Positions 35,854-49,048 of a DNA stretch of 64,000 nucleotides are shown here, piece by piece. The notes under the pieces were generated by a model. The model did not search any database. It was not told where the DNA came from and worked only from the letters and a program-made list of their open reading frames with translations. Origin of the DNA: Guillardia theta CCMP2712. Its lineage: Eukaryota; Protista; Cryptophyta. A program made the position numbers and the translations under genes. The stretch lies in the NCBI RefSeq assembly GCF_000315625.1, contig NW_005434673.1, positions 1,256,011 to 1,320,010 on the forward strand, given 5' to 3'. Position 1 is the first letter of the stretch. Each line of letters starts with the position of its first letter.

Positions 35854-38800
35854 ATGGACGTCGACGAGCTGTCCATGGTTGAGATGGCGTCGGATACAAA
35901 CTTTCTCTCCTCATCTTCGTCTCCTGGGAGCAGGAAAAGAGCTGTCCCAGAGAGTGATGCTGCCACAAAAAGGCCATGTCTGTCTGGAGTCGAGCCTCAA
36001 GGTCTTCAGATTCGAGACTCGAAGGGCAACGTTCACGTCTTTAGAGAACGAATCAGCGTAATAGTCCAGCCACCCGTTGCTGATGCCTGTCTGACACCTT
36101 CGTCAGGCACAGAGCGAAGACATGACCAACACCACCCTGTTACAAACGAACATCTTGAACCTTGCAGCAGAGCTAGCTCTTGAGAAATCAAGAAGGCCAC
36201 TCCAAGAAGTCTCTCAACGCAATCGGTGAGCTCTACTGTACGCTAGTAACAGCTCATCGAAAGTTGCAGCCCTGCTGAGAATGTGCAAGATGGCAAACTA
36301 TGGGTCGACAAATACAGACCCAGAAGTTTCCTGCAACTCTTGAGCGATGAGGTACGTTGCAGGTCTTCACAGACGGAATGTGATGGAGATGATGATAGAA
36401 AACCAATCGATCTGTTCTCCAATGGCTCAAGGAATGGGATCCATCTGTGTTTGGGAAGAATGCGAAGGGTCCGCAAAGGCCGAATCCCATGAGCAAGGTG
36501 ATGACAGTGCTATATGATTGGATAATCCGTCTAGCTAATTGGAACTCAGATTCTCTTGCTGCATGGGCCCCCTGGTACCGGCAAGACTACCCTGGCCCAT
36601 GTGCTTGCAAAGCATGCAGGATATTTTCCTGCTGAGATCAACGCGAGGTATGAGAATCACTCGTCCTTTGACAAATCTATTCAAATGCTCTGCCAACAGT
36701 GACGAGAGAACTGCATCTGCACTCAAGATCCGTAATACACAGTTTTTGTGTGTTTGATGTGGTCTGATGATACCATTTCAGGCCTGGAGGCGCTCGCGGA
36801 GATGAGAGGCTCCTTTACGGGAGGCCGACCGAATTGTATTATACTTGATGAAGTGGATGGAATCGGTGGCAATGAAGGCCAGGTCGACAATCAGTGAGAC
36901 GTTCTCAGACATGACGTTTCCCACAGGCTTTAGCGGATATTCTCTTGAAGATGTGTCGCGAATCTGGGAAGGACTCACAAGAAGACACAGTACTCGATCA
37001 AGACATGAACGACAAAACCTAAATATATGGCAGGAAAATGATCACCCAGGAGATCGAACCGATAAGAATGCAAAATCTGGGCAAAAGAAAAGAAAACACG
37101 TGTCTGTAAATCGTCCAATCATTTGCATCTGCAATGACGTGTATGTCAATCTCCTCCTCGTTAATTTTTCGAATGATGTTGTATGTAGCTATGCTTCATC
37201 GCTCAGAGCGGTCAAAAAGATCGCTCACATTGTGCGCTTTGCTCCCCCCGAGGAACAGAGAATGATTTCAAGGCTGCAGACAATTTGTATGTCATTATCT
37301 TTGTTGGCTCGTGAAACATCTGAAATCTGTCAGGTCGAGCTGAGCAATTCAGCATTGACCGACAGGCTCTGAGTATGGTGTACGAAATGCATAATGGCGA
37401 TATAAGATCATGTTTGAATGCGCTTCAGGTGACATGGTACATCGAAATCATATCGAGCTGACCCATATTCTCAGATGCTTTCTCGCGACGGTGGACACGT
37501 GGATGTAGCAAAGCTACGAACCGTTGGAGATTGCGTGCGGGTAGAATGAAGCAACTATCTTCGATCTATTCAAGGACTACTACGCAGGATTGCAACATGA
37601 GTAGCGGACTATTTGATGTCTGGAATGCTACTTTCAAGCTTGCAGCAAAGCAGGACCAGAAGCAAGGGGGTAATTATGTCGAGATCCGAACGAAGCAAGA
37701 TAACAATTTTTCCGTAGTCAAGCACATGGATTTGCATAAGTTGCTGAATTTTCATTCTTCCAGCATGACGACTATTTTACTGGGTCTCTTTTGCCTATTC
37801 CACTTCCTGGTTTGCATTCCAATTTGATTTTTGGGCAATAGGATGCCAACACAATTTCCCAAAAGTGAAATATACCGATCCAAGAATGCTCAAGGTCAGT
37901 AATATCTCTTGTTCAAGTCATCAGTTATAACGTGCATGCATACAGACTAGCGCTTGCTTGGAGTCTTTGGGGGATGCAGATGTCATGCACAGCTACATCA
38001 ACCAACATCAATCATACTCGTTGAGCCCGTACCTCAAGATTCCTTGTCTCAAATTCCACCATCTTTGTGCCGCTCCGCAATGGCCTTCTATCGAATATCC
38101 ACGAGCTGCCTCTGAGGTTTGTTGTCGTTCTTCCATCTCACGAAGTAAAACGGACTGGTGTACAACAGGTTATCCAAAGGCAGAAACAAAATATGAACGT
38201 AACTCAACATGTACTGACATCTATGAATCCATTGCTACGAAGATACGTTGATCGTTACATACTTGCCATCGACTTGATACCGGAGTTGAATGTGATTTTG
38301 CAGCCGGACATCAAAGTGGTAAGTGTTATGAGGGGATGATTCAAAGTTTTGAACCAATGCAGACAAATATGCACCTCATGAGCGCAGAGCACCGGCAACG
38401 CATTCAAGATCACGTCTCTATCATGCTCACCTTTGGCTTGCGATACCGTCCACAGACTCAAGATAACGGCAAGGCAGAATTGGCCATGCAACCGTAAGAG
38501 AAGTATTACATGTTTACGCTGACTCACGAGGATTGGTAGGCCCATTGAGGACTTAGTGAAAAACTTAAGCAAGAACTATCAGAATGCCCTCAAGCACGAA
38601 CTTATGACTCACATCGAGCAGCTGGTTGAATCTACTTGCTGTCACTTTTCATGTTGATGGGAGTCCCTTGTAGGTTGAGATCGCAGCGCTCAAGAAGCGA
38701 GAGGAAAGAAATCCAAAGCAGGAGGGCGAGGAGAAACAAGTGGTAACGACAGAACCCTAGGAGATTGCGAGGGTGTGATTCAATTTACTTCAGAGCATCC

Positions 38801-39084
38801 CTGCAAATTTTACGACACCTCCTACGATAAAGAATAAGACGAAAGTCTTCGGGAATGGTACTGTGACAAGCCTTTGAAGTGTTTGGTGACAGTCAATTGC
38901 AGCCGGATGGGCTTCGCTCTCTCAACATGCAGCAAGCAAGAGTCATCTCGCCTGCTCCAACAGTGATTCCAACGTCTTGCTGTCCATGGCTGACCTGTTT
39001 CCAGCACATCCCGTTAAGTACAAGTTCACCGAAGGAATGACCAACGCGATCAAGCGCCCTGTGTTCCTCCGAGATCTTCTCTAG
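35854..39084 (+). CDS. CTF18: Chromosome transmission fidelity protein 18 (alternative RFC large subunit)
   Basis: LWVDKYRPRSFLQLLSDE, VLQWLKEWD, GPPGTGKTTLAHVLAKHAGY..EINASDER, PNCIILDEVDG, RPIICICND, GDIRSCLN; C-terminal KYKFTEGMTNAIKRPV. Confidence 0.95.
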
Positions 39085-39085
39085 T

Positions 39086-41270
39086 TCACTTAAGGGCCCC
39101 AGGCGCAAGCACACTCCACAAGGCCTTGACAAGAACCTCTGTGTATGCTTGTGAATCTGGAACAAAACCATTTTCAAGATGCATGGAATGCAGCTCGTGA
39201 AGTTTTTCGTTGTCGTCCTCAATCTCGATGTTCGCATTGCATGCCATGGCCTCCAACAAGATGGTTTCTCCTGAACCCTCGCTCGTCATCGGAAAGTAGA
39301 CAACACGACTGCTGCGGTACAACTCTCTCCTTCTGGTCGCGTTGGGCATCCGCTCTACACGCACTCCCGCAGCCCGAAGCTCTTCCTCGATAACAGGAGA
39401 ACTTCTGTCCACGTACCTCCCAGCAAAGAGCCTAACGCCCTCCTTGTCTATCAACAACTCAGGTCGACTCGAGGAGGTAAAGTCGCCGATCACAACATAA
39501 TCCAAAGCAGGCGCCTCCGCCTTTCGGCCCTCTAGCTGAAGGAGGCGAGGGTCGATACCTTTGGCTTGAAACACGTTGAGTGATGGGAAGTCTTGCTTCA
39601 ACATCCTCTCTTGCCATGGCGAGTCGCACACGAACACGCCATACACCGCCGCAGCCTCTTCGTCCGGAGTGCAGTGCGGCCCGTGTAGAATGATGCCGAA
39701 AGTGGCTAGCTGGACTCCCTTCTCAGCTCTGCGGGGGTTGATCCGCTCGTTGTATTGGCGGATGAAGTAATCCGCCTTCCCTGAGAAGTCTCCCCAGCCG
39801 AGGATGAAGTGGAATGTGTCCTTCAAGCGAAAGTCTATCTCGGGCTGATCTTCCAGGTTCATGTACCCGATGTTGAGCAGGATCATGTGGAAATGCCGGC
39901 GGAGAAGCCGAAGCGTCTCCTTGAGCCCGTCAGACCAGTTCGCCTCATCCTCGGGCGCCATGTCGTAGAGGAAGATGACCTCCGGCTTGTACCCGAACCG
40001 AGGGGCCATGGCGACCTGAAGCTGCTTGCGGTCGTCATCGGACAGGGTGCGCTTCGGGAGGAACGACCAGTCGACATCGACGACAACACCGTCCCTTGTC
40101 ACGAGATGGGACTGGACGAAGCTGTGCTCCAACTCTCTCACTCGAGCCAGGCTGAACTCGTTCGGAGCCTCTAAGGGATACTCGTCGAACTCCATCAAGT
40201 CCTTCATCGCCCTCCATCGATGGAAGTTGGTGTCTCGTTCAAAACGAGCCCACGTCTCGTCCTCACTGAACTCATGATGATTGATCAGGATGACAGGAGT
40301 CTTCAGGTCGTTCCAGGCCTTGCCGATGTCCGAGGGGTTTTCCTTCATCCTCTGGCCCATGATCACAGCTCTATCCTTGACATTCGCCTCCTGTGAATCG
40401 TCTCCTACATCCAGCGCCTCGTCCAGCCCGTTGAGCTTCGCGTACAGCTCCCAGGAGGCCGTGCAAGCCGCACACTCGAACCACTCAGTGGGTATGAACT
40501 CGTCCTTGCCGATGTTGGACCAGATGTCTGCCGTCATAGTGTTGTTCCATGACTGAACCTCCCAGCCCTCAGCGATGGGGTCGACAGTGACGGGAGGGTC
40601 GAAGATAGTTAGAGTCTGCAGCAGCAGGGTCACGGTCAGGAAAGGAGACGACGAGTTTCACCGAGTGGTCATTCATCAAGCTGTGATGCAGTCGACCCGG
40701 AGGAGGAGCGACTCTCCTCTCGGGGTAGGACAAGAGTACATCCCTCTTATGCTCCTTGAAGAACTTGACTGTCCTCTCCACGAACTGAGCTGGGAGCCAG
40801 ACGTTGTCCTGAACGACAGAGACGAAAGGAGCGCGAGAGAGGACCAGACCTGCCCAGCCTCATCACTCATCTAACATCTCTCTCACGATCTCACCCGTGT
40901 TGATGGCGTTGCACTGACCGAAGCGCTTGCCTCGAGTCTTGGGCTTGCTCTGTACGATGGCTCTCAGAGGAACTCGAAGGTTCTCGGCGTACTTGGCTGC
41001 TTCGTGATGCCTCTCCTTGTTGAGATCGTCGACGATGATAAGTTCGAAGTCTCGGCGAGACTGTTGTGCCAGACATTCCAAGAGGACGTCGAATCCTCCT
41101 GGTCTGCAAGCGAGTAGGTGAGGAGCAGGTGAAAGAGGTAAGACGTACCTCTTGGTGATGAAGATGATGGACAGAGGAGGCGGATCAGTGGTACATGTCT
41201 CCTTGGTTTCTGCTAAGGTCAGGCAGACTAGAAGCAGGAAGCTACACTCGGCTACAAAACGATGCTTCAT
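39086..41270 (-). CDS. Secreted glycosyltransferase: N-terminal GT2-like (GT-A) plus C-terminal GT4-like (GT-B) domain
   Basis: Signal MKHRFVAECSFLLLVCLTLA; LSIIFITKR-PGGFDVLLECLAQQSRRDFELIIVDD, CNAINTG, VVQDNVW; C-terminal LYRSSRVVYFP..EGSGETILLEAMACN. Confidence 0.82.
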
Positions 41271-41654
41271 CTGCCTAAGCAGAATAAGGGAACCAGGAGA
41301 GAAAGAGGGGAGGGAGGGCAGGAAGGGATGGAGGGCAGGAAAGTTAGATGGATGGAGGTATGGATGGATGAAGAGAGGTAGGGAGAACGCGAGAGAAGCG
41401 GGAGGGAGGGACGGAGGGCAGGAAGGGAGGGAGAGAGGGACGGACGGACGGAGTGGACGGACGGAGGGAGGGAGGGAGGGAGAGAGGGAAAAGGGGGGCG
41501 AGGGGGGAAGATGTCAGATCGCAAGGGTTTTTAACGCTGGTCTTTCATTGACTAAACTTTTCGCCTTCGCCCATGGCGGCGCGGGGGCGGCTGGACACAG
41601 CCGCTCGTCAGTTTGCTGGAGATGCGAAGACAGCGACGCTGTCAGACAAGTGGC

Positions 41655-44600
41655 ATGCAGACAGCAATCCCTTCCAAGGCCTCGGTGAACCTCCTCCTCC
41701 TCTCCTTCCTCGCCTCCTCCTGCTTCCACCCTCCCTTCCTATTTCCTAGCCTTGCTACCTCCCTTCTTCCATCCCCAGCTTGCCCCTGTCCTGCTGTTGA
41801 GAGTTTCAGTAGACCCTGTTCATCTCGCACTCTCCCGCCTCCGACGTCGCAACTATGACAAGTGCATTGATGTCGCAACCGAGCTCCTGGGAAGGCACGG
41901 CGTTGACCAGCAGGTCGGGGAGTTTGAAATTCGTTTGCCATCGTGACGATAGCAAGCAGGTGTGGTGGATCAAATGTCGAGCCCTGACCAACAAGAATGG
42001 CATTGTCGACACAGAGTTCGATGAAGAAGGTCTTGCCGAGCTTCTCCTCGATGAGAATGCTACAGCTCAGGTCCCGCGTCCTGGCACTTCACTCAGTCGG
42101 TACTTCCCAGCCTTCTCCTCCAACTCTCAGCTCACCTTGTCGCAGCCCCCAGTCCTCTACAGTGTCTGGGCCTTCACCTGCCGTCAGACCCATGACCAAC
42201 AACGGTCGTCCTCTCTCCGGCTTCTCTCGTCCGGGCTCAGGCTTGACCAAGCCCGGCACCGGCATGTCACTTGAGCGAGCCATGACGTCGAGGTCAGCCA
42301 GCTGCCGCGTGTCTCTCGCTGACGTCTGAGCAGCCGCGTCGGCACTGCCATGACGAGGCCCGTCACTACCTCCGGTCGCTTCGTGCGCCTCGGAACCGCC
42401 TCCCTCCAGGTGCTCCTACCTCCCCGCCCCTCCCACTTCCTTTCCCTTGCCCTCCTCCCCTCCGATTCCCTCCTCCTCCTGCCTCCCTTCCCCTCACCTC
42501 CTCCCCCCCCCTCCCCCTCCTCCTCCTCCTCGCCCTCCCCCTCCCCCTCCTCCTCCTCCTCCTCCTCCTCCTACCCCTCCTCCTCCTTCATCCCCCCTTC
42601 CCCCTTTCCTCGGCCCCAGTGCTGACGAGACTTCAGTCCGAGCCTGGCGGCGCCTTCGTCAACCTGGAGAAGCTCAACATGCAGAAATACGCGGAGAGAC
42701 CTTCACTCGCCAAGGTACGAGAGAACGAGGAGGAGGGGCGGGGAAGGGAGGGAGAGGGAGAAGGAGAGGGAGAAGGAGGAGAGTAGGAAGGGGAGAGCTG
42801 GACAGGGAGAGGGAGGAGGAGGAGCAGAGTAAGTGGAGAGGAGGAGAGGACGATAATCTGCTAACCTGGATGCCGCAGGCCTTGTGCGACTACATGCTCA
42901 GCGTTGAGCACAACCCTAGGAAGGCAGTCGAGCTGGGAGCAGGTGAGGTCGACTGCCCAGCACGCCGCGAGCTGACGACGTGCCGCTATTCAGCTGCTAC
43001 CTCAGCTGTGAACTTCGCGGACTGGTGGTGGAAGGTGGGACGAGAGGAGGAGTGTTTGAGGTGAAGTTGCTGCAGATGAAGCTGGGACGAGGATATTACC
43101 AACTGGGTTTGCTTCGAGAGGCAGAGCTCCAGGTTGTGTAACTCTTTTTCCTCCTGCTCCTCCTGCTCCCCTTTCTCCTGCTTCTCCAGCTGTTGCACCT
43201 GATGTTCGTCCTGCTTCTCTTTCTTCTGCTCCTCCTCTTCCTCCTGCTCTTTCTGCAGTTTCTGCTTCCACCCATCCCAGTCGACTTCCTCACTTTCCGC
43301 TTGCATGCTGATTGCCTGCCAATGATGTCCATGGACAACAATGAATTGCTTTATTAGTATCTTTCTTCTTTGAAGCTCCAAGAGATGGTTTGCACCTACC
43401 TTCAGGTGTCTCTCTCTCTTGATTTTTCCTCCTCCTCCCTTCTCCCTCTCCTTCCCCCTTTGTCCCATCTTCCCTCTCCTCTTCTCCCCTCCCCCCCCCT
43501 CAACACTTCTCTTCTCACTCATTCTTTTGCATCAGCTTGCCAACGTCTATCTTCGGCTTGACCAACCTCGCAATGCACTCGACGTTTACAAGCAGTCAGT
43601 TCCTTTCTTTCTTCTTCTCCTCCTCCTCCTCCTCCTCCTCCTCCTCCTCCTCCACACACCTTTCATCTCGAGCCCCTCTGCCCCCCCCCACATATTTTTN
43701 NNNNNNNNNNNNNNNNNNNNNNNNNNNNNNNNNNNNNNNNNNNNNNNNNNNNNNNNNNNNNNNNNNNNNNNNNNNNNNNNNNNNNNNNNNNNNNNNNNNC
43801 GACCAGGTACTCATCTCCTCCTCCTCTTCCACCGCTACATTGTCCTGCCCTTCTCTTGCCACCTCTGCCTCCCGCCCTCTGCCCCCTGGCCTCTTTTCCC
43901 CTGCCCCCTGGATCCTCCCATTACTTTCCCTTCGTCCGTTTCTCTCTCTCTCTCCTCCCCTCTCCCTGCCCGTTCCATTCTTCCTTCTCCTTTCCTCCGT
44001 CTTCTCCTGACTCTCTTCCTCTCCCTCGTTGGCCGATTTCTTCTGCTCTGACATTGGTGCTAGCCGGAAGTTGCTTTGCGATACTACCGCCGGCTGCTCC
44101 AGATGGGGGTAATGGGAGTGAAGAGAAGGAGAGACGGAAGGGAGGGAAGGGAGGAGGAGGAGGGGGAGAAGGGGAGGGAGGGGGATGAGGAGAGGAAAGA
44201 ATGTGAGTGACGGAGAGGACAGGTCAGCTCCTCGGCTCTCTGGAACAATTTGGGACTCTGCTGCTTCTACGCAGGGCTGTACGACATGAGCCTGACATGC
44301 TTTGAGCAAGCTTTGATCTCTGCTGAGGACGACACCCTTGTAAGTACAGAGGAGAGGAGGAGGAGGAGGGGCGGGGGATGCAGAGCAAAAAGATCAGGAG
44401 GAGGCAGGGGAGTGAGGGAGAAGGCAGAAGCAGAAGAGGGGGATATAATGAGAGGCAGAAGGAGGGAGGAATGACGGTGGGCAAGGGGTAGGGGGAAGAG
44501 GAGGGGAGTTGGACGAACTCTAGGGGCGGGGCACGGGGATGGGCGAACTCACTAGAGGTGGCAGGGGGATATTTGGTACAACATCTCGCATATAGCTATC

Positions 44601-45294
44601 GGCATCGGAGATCTTGGACTTGCTTATCAGGTGAAACATCTCTTGTCCTCCCCTCCCCTCCACTTCTCTCCTCTCCTCCCCTCTGCTCCTCTTCTCTCCT
44701 CTCCCCTCCTCTCCTTCTTTGCCCCACTCTTCCCCCGCGCCTCTACCCCTCTCCTCTCCTCCCCTCTCCTCCTCTCCTCTCCTCTCCTCTGCTCTGCTCT
44801 CCTCTCTCCCCCTCTCCTTCTCCGCCCCCCTCCCCCTCCTGTTTCTGTCTCTTTAGCTTCATTCGTGACTTTTCTGCAGACTCTCAAGGTCGCTGTAGCT
44901 GCCGACCCGAACCATGCAGAGGCGACGGTACGAGGAGAGGAGAGAAGGAGGAGAGAGACATAAGAGGAGGAGACGAGCAGAGGAATTGATAAGGAAAGAG
45001 GAGGAGGGAGAATTTCGGGAATCGGAAGCGTATGTAAGGAAGAGATGTAACGAGCTGCTTGCAGAACAATCTCGCCATCCTCGAACTGCGCAAGGGCAAT
45101 GTGGAGCTGGCAAGAAGGTGCTGGAGAGGATGGCGGAAGGGGAGGATATGAAGGCAGGAGGAGGAGGATGGGGAAGGAGGAGGGGAGGGGAGGAGGCACT
45201 AATTCTGGTTGCAGTGGGTTCAAGGAGGCAGGCAAGCAGGGGCCTCACGCCTTCGAGGTACGTCGAGGGGGGTGGAGGTTGCTGGGGGATGTAG

Positions 45295-45362
<68 letters not shown>

Positions 45363-45888
45363 ATGGAAACATAAACATCGGAGAAGGGCGAGAGGAAGGA
45401 CAGCAGGACGAGAAGTAGACGCAGGGGCAGGAGAGGGAGAGGGAGACGGAGACGGAGACGGAGCAGGAGCAGGAGCAGGAGCAGGAAGGAGCAGAAAAAG
45501 CAGGAGAAGGAAGAGGAAGGAATAACTGGTACTAAAGTCACTGCAGCCTCCCTTCAACTCTGCCCTTCTGGCCTACAAGCTGGGAGATGCCCAGGTAAGG
45601 AGCAGCTGCTGGCAGCTGGAGGTCTGCTGAAAGAGCTGCAGGAGAGCTTTCAGCTGGTACAACAAGCCTTGCTCTGCTACCCCGACCACGTGGAGTCCAA
45701 GGAGCTACTAGAGCAGGTTCTGGCTACCCTCATCCTCCTCTTTCTCTTCCTTCTTTCTCTTCCACCCTCCATCCTCCTCCTCCTAGTCACTCCCTCCGTC
45801 CTCTTCAACCTCCCCACCTGCATCCTCTCGCTCTCCTCCTGCTCCTGCTCCTCCTGCTCCTGCTCCTCCTCCTTGGTCTTCGTCCTCC

Positions 45889-45920
<32 letters not shown>

Positions 45921-46103
45921 CTCCTCCTCCTCCTCCCCTCTGTCCTCCCTCCCTTCTCCCTTCTCTGACCTTATCACCTCCTCTACTCGCCTTTCCTCCT
46001 CTGCCTTCATCCTTTCGTCGTCTCCTCGCTTTCCTTTCCCCTCTACCACACTCACTTCACTTCCACTGATACTGGACCGTAGCTGAAGCAGAAGTTCAAC
46101 TAA
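41655..46103 (+). CDS. BBS8: Bardet-Biedl syndrome 8 / TTC8 TPR protein (interrupted by a gap)
   Basis: WWIKCRALT, EEGLAELLLDENATAQVPRPGTSL, GRPLSGFSRPG, RPVTTSGRFVRLGTAS, DWWWK-MKLGRGYYQLG, VYLRLDQP, LWNNLGLCCFYA, DIWYN, CYPDHVESKELL. Confidence 0.96.
43700..43799. other. Assembly gap (100 N)
   Basis: Run of N. Confidence 1.
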
Positions 46104-46245
46104 CAAGTAAAGAGTCCTCAACATCATGTGCGAAGCGGTGGGAGGAAGAGGAGCCGGCAGCTAAGAAGGAGGAGGAGGATGGAGGCGGAGGCTGAAAGGG
46201 AGGAAGAGGAAGAGGAAGAGGAAGAGGAGGGACGGGAGGCACCTT

Positions 46246-47954
46246 TCAGCTTCGAATTTTCTTCATGTGGTTGGCGCACAACATGGAGTAGCGAGAGGAG
46301 GGAAGGAGGTGAAGGGGACCGCACAACCTTTCGTAGTCCTTCCACAGCTCCCGCCAGTATACCAGAAACTGATATGGGCAATACCTGCCGGAGAAATTAT
46401 CTCCTCTCCCCTCCTCTTCTCCCCCTCTCCTCTCTCCTCCTCCTCCTCTCGTCCTTCTCCCTCCTCCTCTTCTCCTCCCTCCTCCTTTCGTCCTTCTCCC
46501 TCCTTCCCCCCTCCCTCCTCTGCTTTCCCCTGACCTTTCCACCTCACTCCCTCCTCTCTCCTCTCTCCCCATCTCGCTTTCCCCGTCCCCCCGTCACCTG
46601 TCGTATATCTTTGACACTTTCTGTACTGCCCGAGCAGCAGATTTTTCATCAACGCCATGAAGGGACTTGAGGTGCCGGAGCTGCCAGACAGTGAGCAGAG
46701 AGGAAGGCGAGAGGAGGAGAGTGAAATCAGACGAGCAGGTGTGGACAAGGAGGGAGGGAGGAAGAGGAGGTCGAAAACGACAAAGGAGGAGGAGAGGGCA
46801 GCGACGCTCACGGTCTCGGAGTCAATGGCGATGTTGTTGTAGATCCCCAGTAGCATGAGCATGTTGTCTGTCTGTTCTCAGACTCACTCTCCCTTCCTCC
46901 TGTCTCCTCTTCCCTCCCATCCACTTCCCTCCCCGTCCTCTTCTCTCTTCTCAACTCCCCCGCCTCCACTCTCACCGCGTAGGGGCCGAACCCCTCGAGG
47001 GCAAGCAGCTTCGCCCTCAGTTCGCCCTGCTGAGCCTCTCCGACGGATGGAGAGCGACAGCGTCGAGCGAGCTTCTCCAGCTCCTCCAGCTCCTCCGACT
47101 CGACAGCTCTGACGGCAGAACAATCTTAGACACAAGCAGAGGTAACGCTAGTGTTGACGTAGATGAGCAGCAGCAGCAGCAGCAGGCGGCAGCGGCAGCA
47201 GCAGCAGTGGCAGTGGCAGTGGCAGTGGCAGCAGCGGCAGCGGCAGTGGCAGCAGCAGCGGCAGTAGGTAGCAGTGATCACGGGAGGAGGAGCTGAACCT
47301 GCGAGCGAGGCTGATGAGTCTTGCTGCTCTATAACCGACGCCGCACTCGCGCTTCAAGTCCTCAGGATCCCAAGAGCTGAGCAAGAGGGAAAGGTAAGAG
47401 AACGAAGAGCAAGACAAGGACAGCAAAGATAAGGAGGAGAATAAAGCACGATCAGCAAGAGGGGAGGGCGAGGATGCGGACAAAGACAAGAAGGGTGAGG
47501 ATCAGAAAAAGGTGGACGGGGAAGAGAACGAGAAGCAGCAGCAGCAACAGCAGCAACACCACCACCACCACCACCCACAGCACTAGCTGTAGCAGCGGCA
47601 GCGGCAGCGGCAGCAATTTCCTTTGCGCTGCTGCTGCTGCTGCTGGAGCCGCTGCCGCTGCCGCTGCTACAGCTAGTGCTGTGGGTCCTCACCTCAGTTC
47701 CAAGGGAGTTGGAAAGCCGCCGCAGCTGCTGACTTTTTCACACAGCAGTTGGTTCATAGTGATCGTCCTCCCCCAGCTGAAGTTCAGCAGGTCAGCCGCT
47801 CCTCCAGCTAGCGCTCCCCTCACCCCGCATTGCAGAGGGTGATGGTTTTGCAGGCGTCCTCAAACATGCTGGGCGATCGGAACAACCTGAGACGGATGAG
47901 AGGAGGGCCTGGAGCAGGACGAGGACGAGGACGAAGACGAGGACGAGAACGAGA

Positions 47955-47992
<38 letters not shown>

Positions 47993-48944
47993 AAGGACGA
48001 GGACAAGGACAAGGACAAGGACAAGGACGAGGACGACGAGGAGCATCAGGAGGATGAGGACGAGGATGAGGACGAAACATTGGGGGACACGAGGTCAGAG
48101 GAGGAGGATTGGAGCCCACCGGAACCAGTGGTCTTGTTCTGCTTGTGGGAAGAGAGAACGAAACTCTTGCTCGCGTCGGTTGTCTTCAGGTGAGATCCGC
48201 AGCATCCTGGTGACCTGTCGAGAGCTGCTGAGCTGCGTGACGTGCAGAGTCGAGGGCCCCACCTGTCTAACAACCTCGCCGACTTCCTCCTCCCCCAGGC
48301 TCTCCTCCAAGAAAGCGATCAGCTCGCGTTCTGACGAGTCTTCATCCGTCCACTTCGATGCCGAGAAGCATAACTTGACATGAACCTGAACGCTCTCATT
48401 CAGAACTCTTCCTCCACTCCCTTTGCTTCTCCTCCCTCTCCTCCCTCTCCCTTCCCCTTCTCCCCTCCCCTTACCGTCTTCGATCCTCCAATGCTGAGGG
48501 GGCGGGAGAAGACTCCTGGGAGAGGTCTCCCCCAAGGACCCTCTAGCAGCGTCTGATGCGGGTCCCACGTGTTGGGGGCAAGCATGAAGAAACCATATGT
48601 GCACACATACTGAAATAGCTCTGGGGCCCCTAGGGCGACTCCGAGGCTGAGCCAGCAGGAGGGAGGGCTCTATCAAGAGGTAGGAAAGAGCTTCCTTTGA
48701 GAAACTTTATCGAGCCGAGAGACAAGCTCACCTGCTCTGAAGTTCTTTGCAATCTGATATCCTCTCTCAAGGAAAAGCCTTTGGGTCGGTCGGAAGGTAT
48801 GTCACAGGCTCTCTGGAGGGCGGTGTCTTCCGTGCTGGATAGAAGTACCTTCTGATCTTGCTTCTCACTACAGCTCTCCTCCCCTCCCCCCCCTCTGCCT
48901 TTCCTCCTCTTCCTCGCCCGCCAAGTCGAGCTTATCGGCGGCAT
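46246..48944 (-). CDS. HhH-GPD superfamily DNA glycosylase-like protein
   Basis: CTYGFFMLAPNTWDP, QVTRMLRIS, RLFRSPSMFEDACKTITLCN, WGRTITM, FPTPLEL, CGVGYRA, LEGFGPY, IAIDSET, PYQFLVYWRELW. Confidence 0.82.
47574..47685. repeat. Perfect 38-bp inverted repeat with a 36-nt loop, intronic
   Basis: 47574-47611 cccacagcactagctgtagcagcggcagcggcagcggc is the exact reverse complement of 47648-47685. Confidence 0.95.
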
Positions 48945-49048
48945 TGCGATACCTCCGAACGTTTCCTTAGGGCACTGGTCATCCATCATCACCCCTCAAC
49001 GCCTCTTCCAGTTCTTTTGCTTCCTTTTTTACTCCTCCCTCGTCCCCC

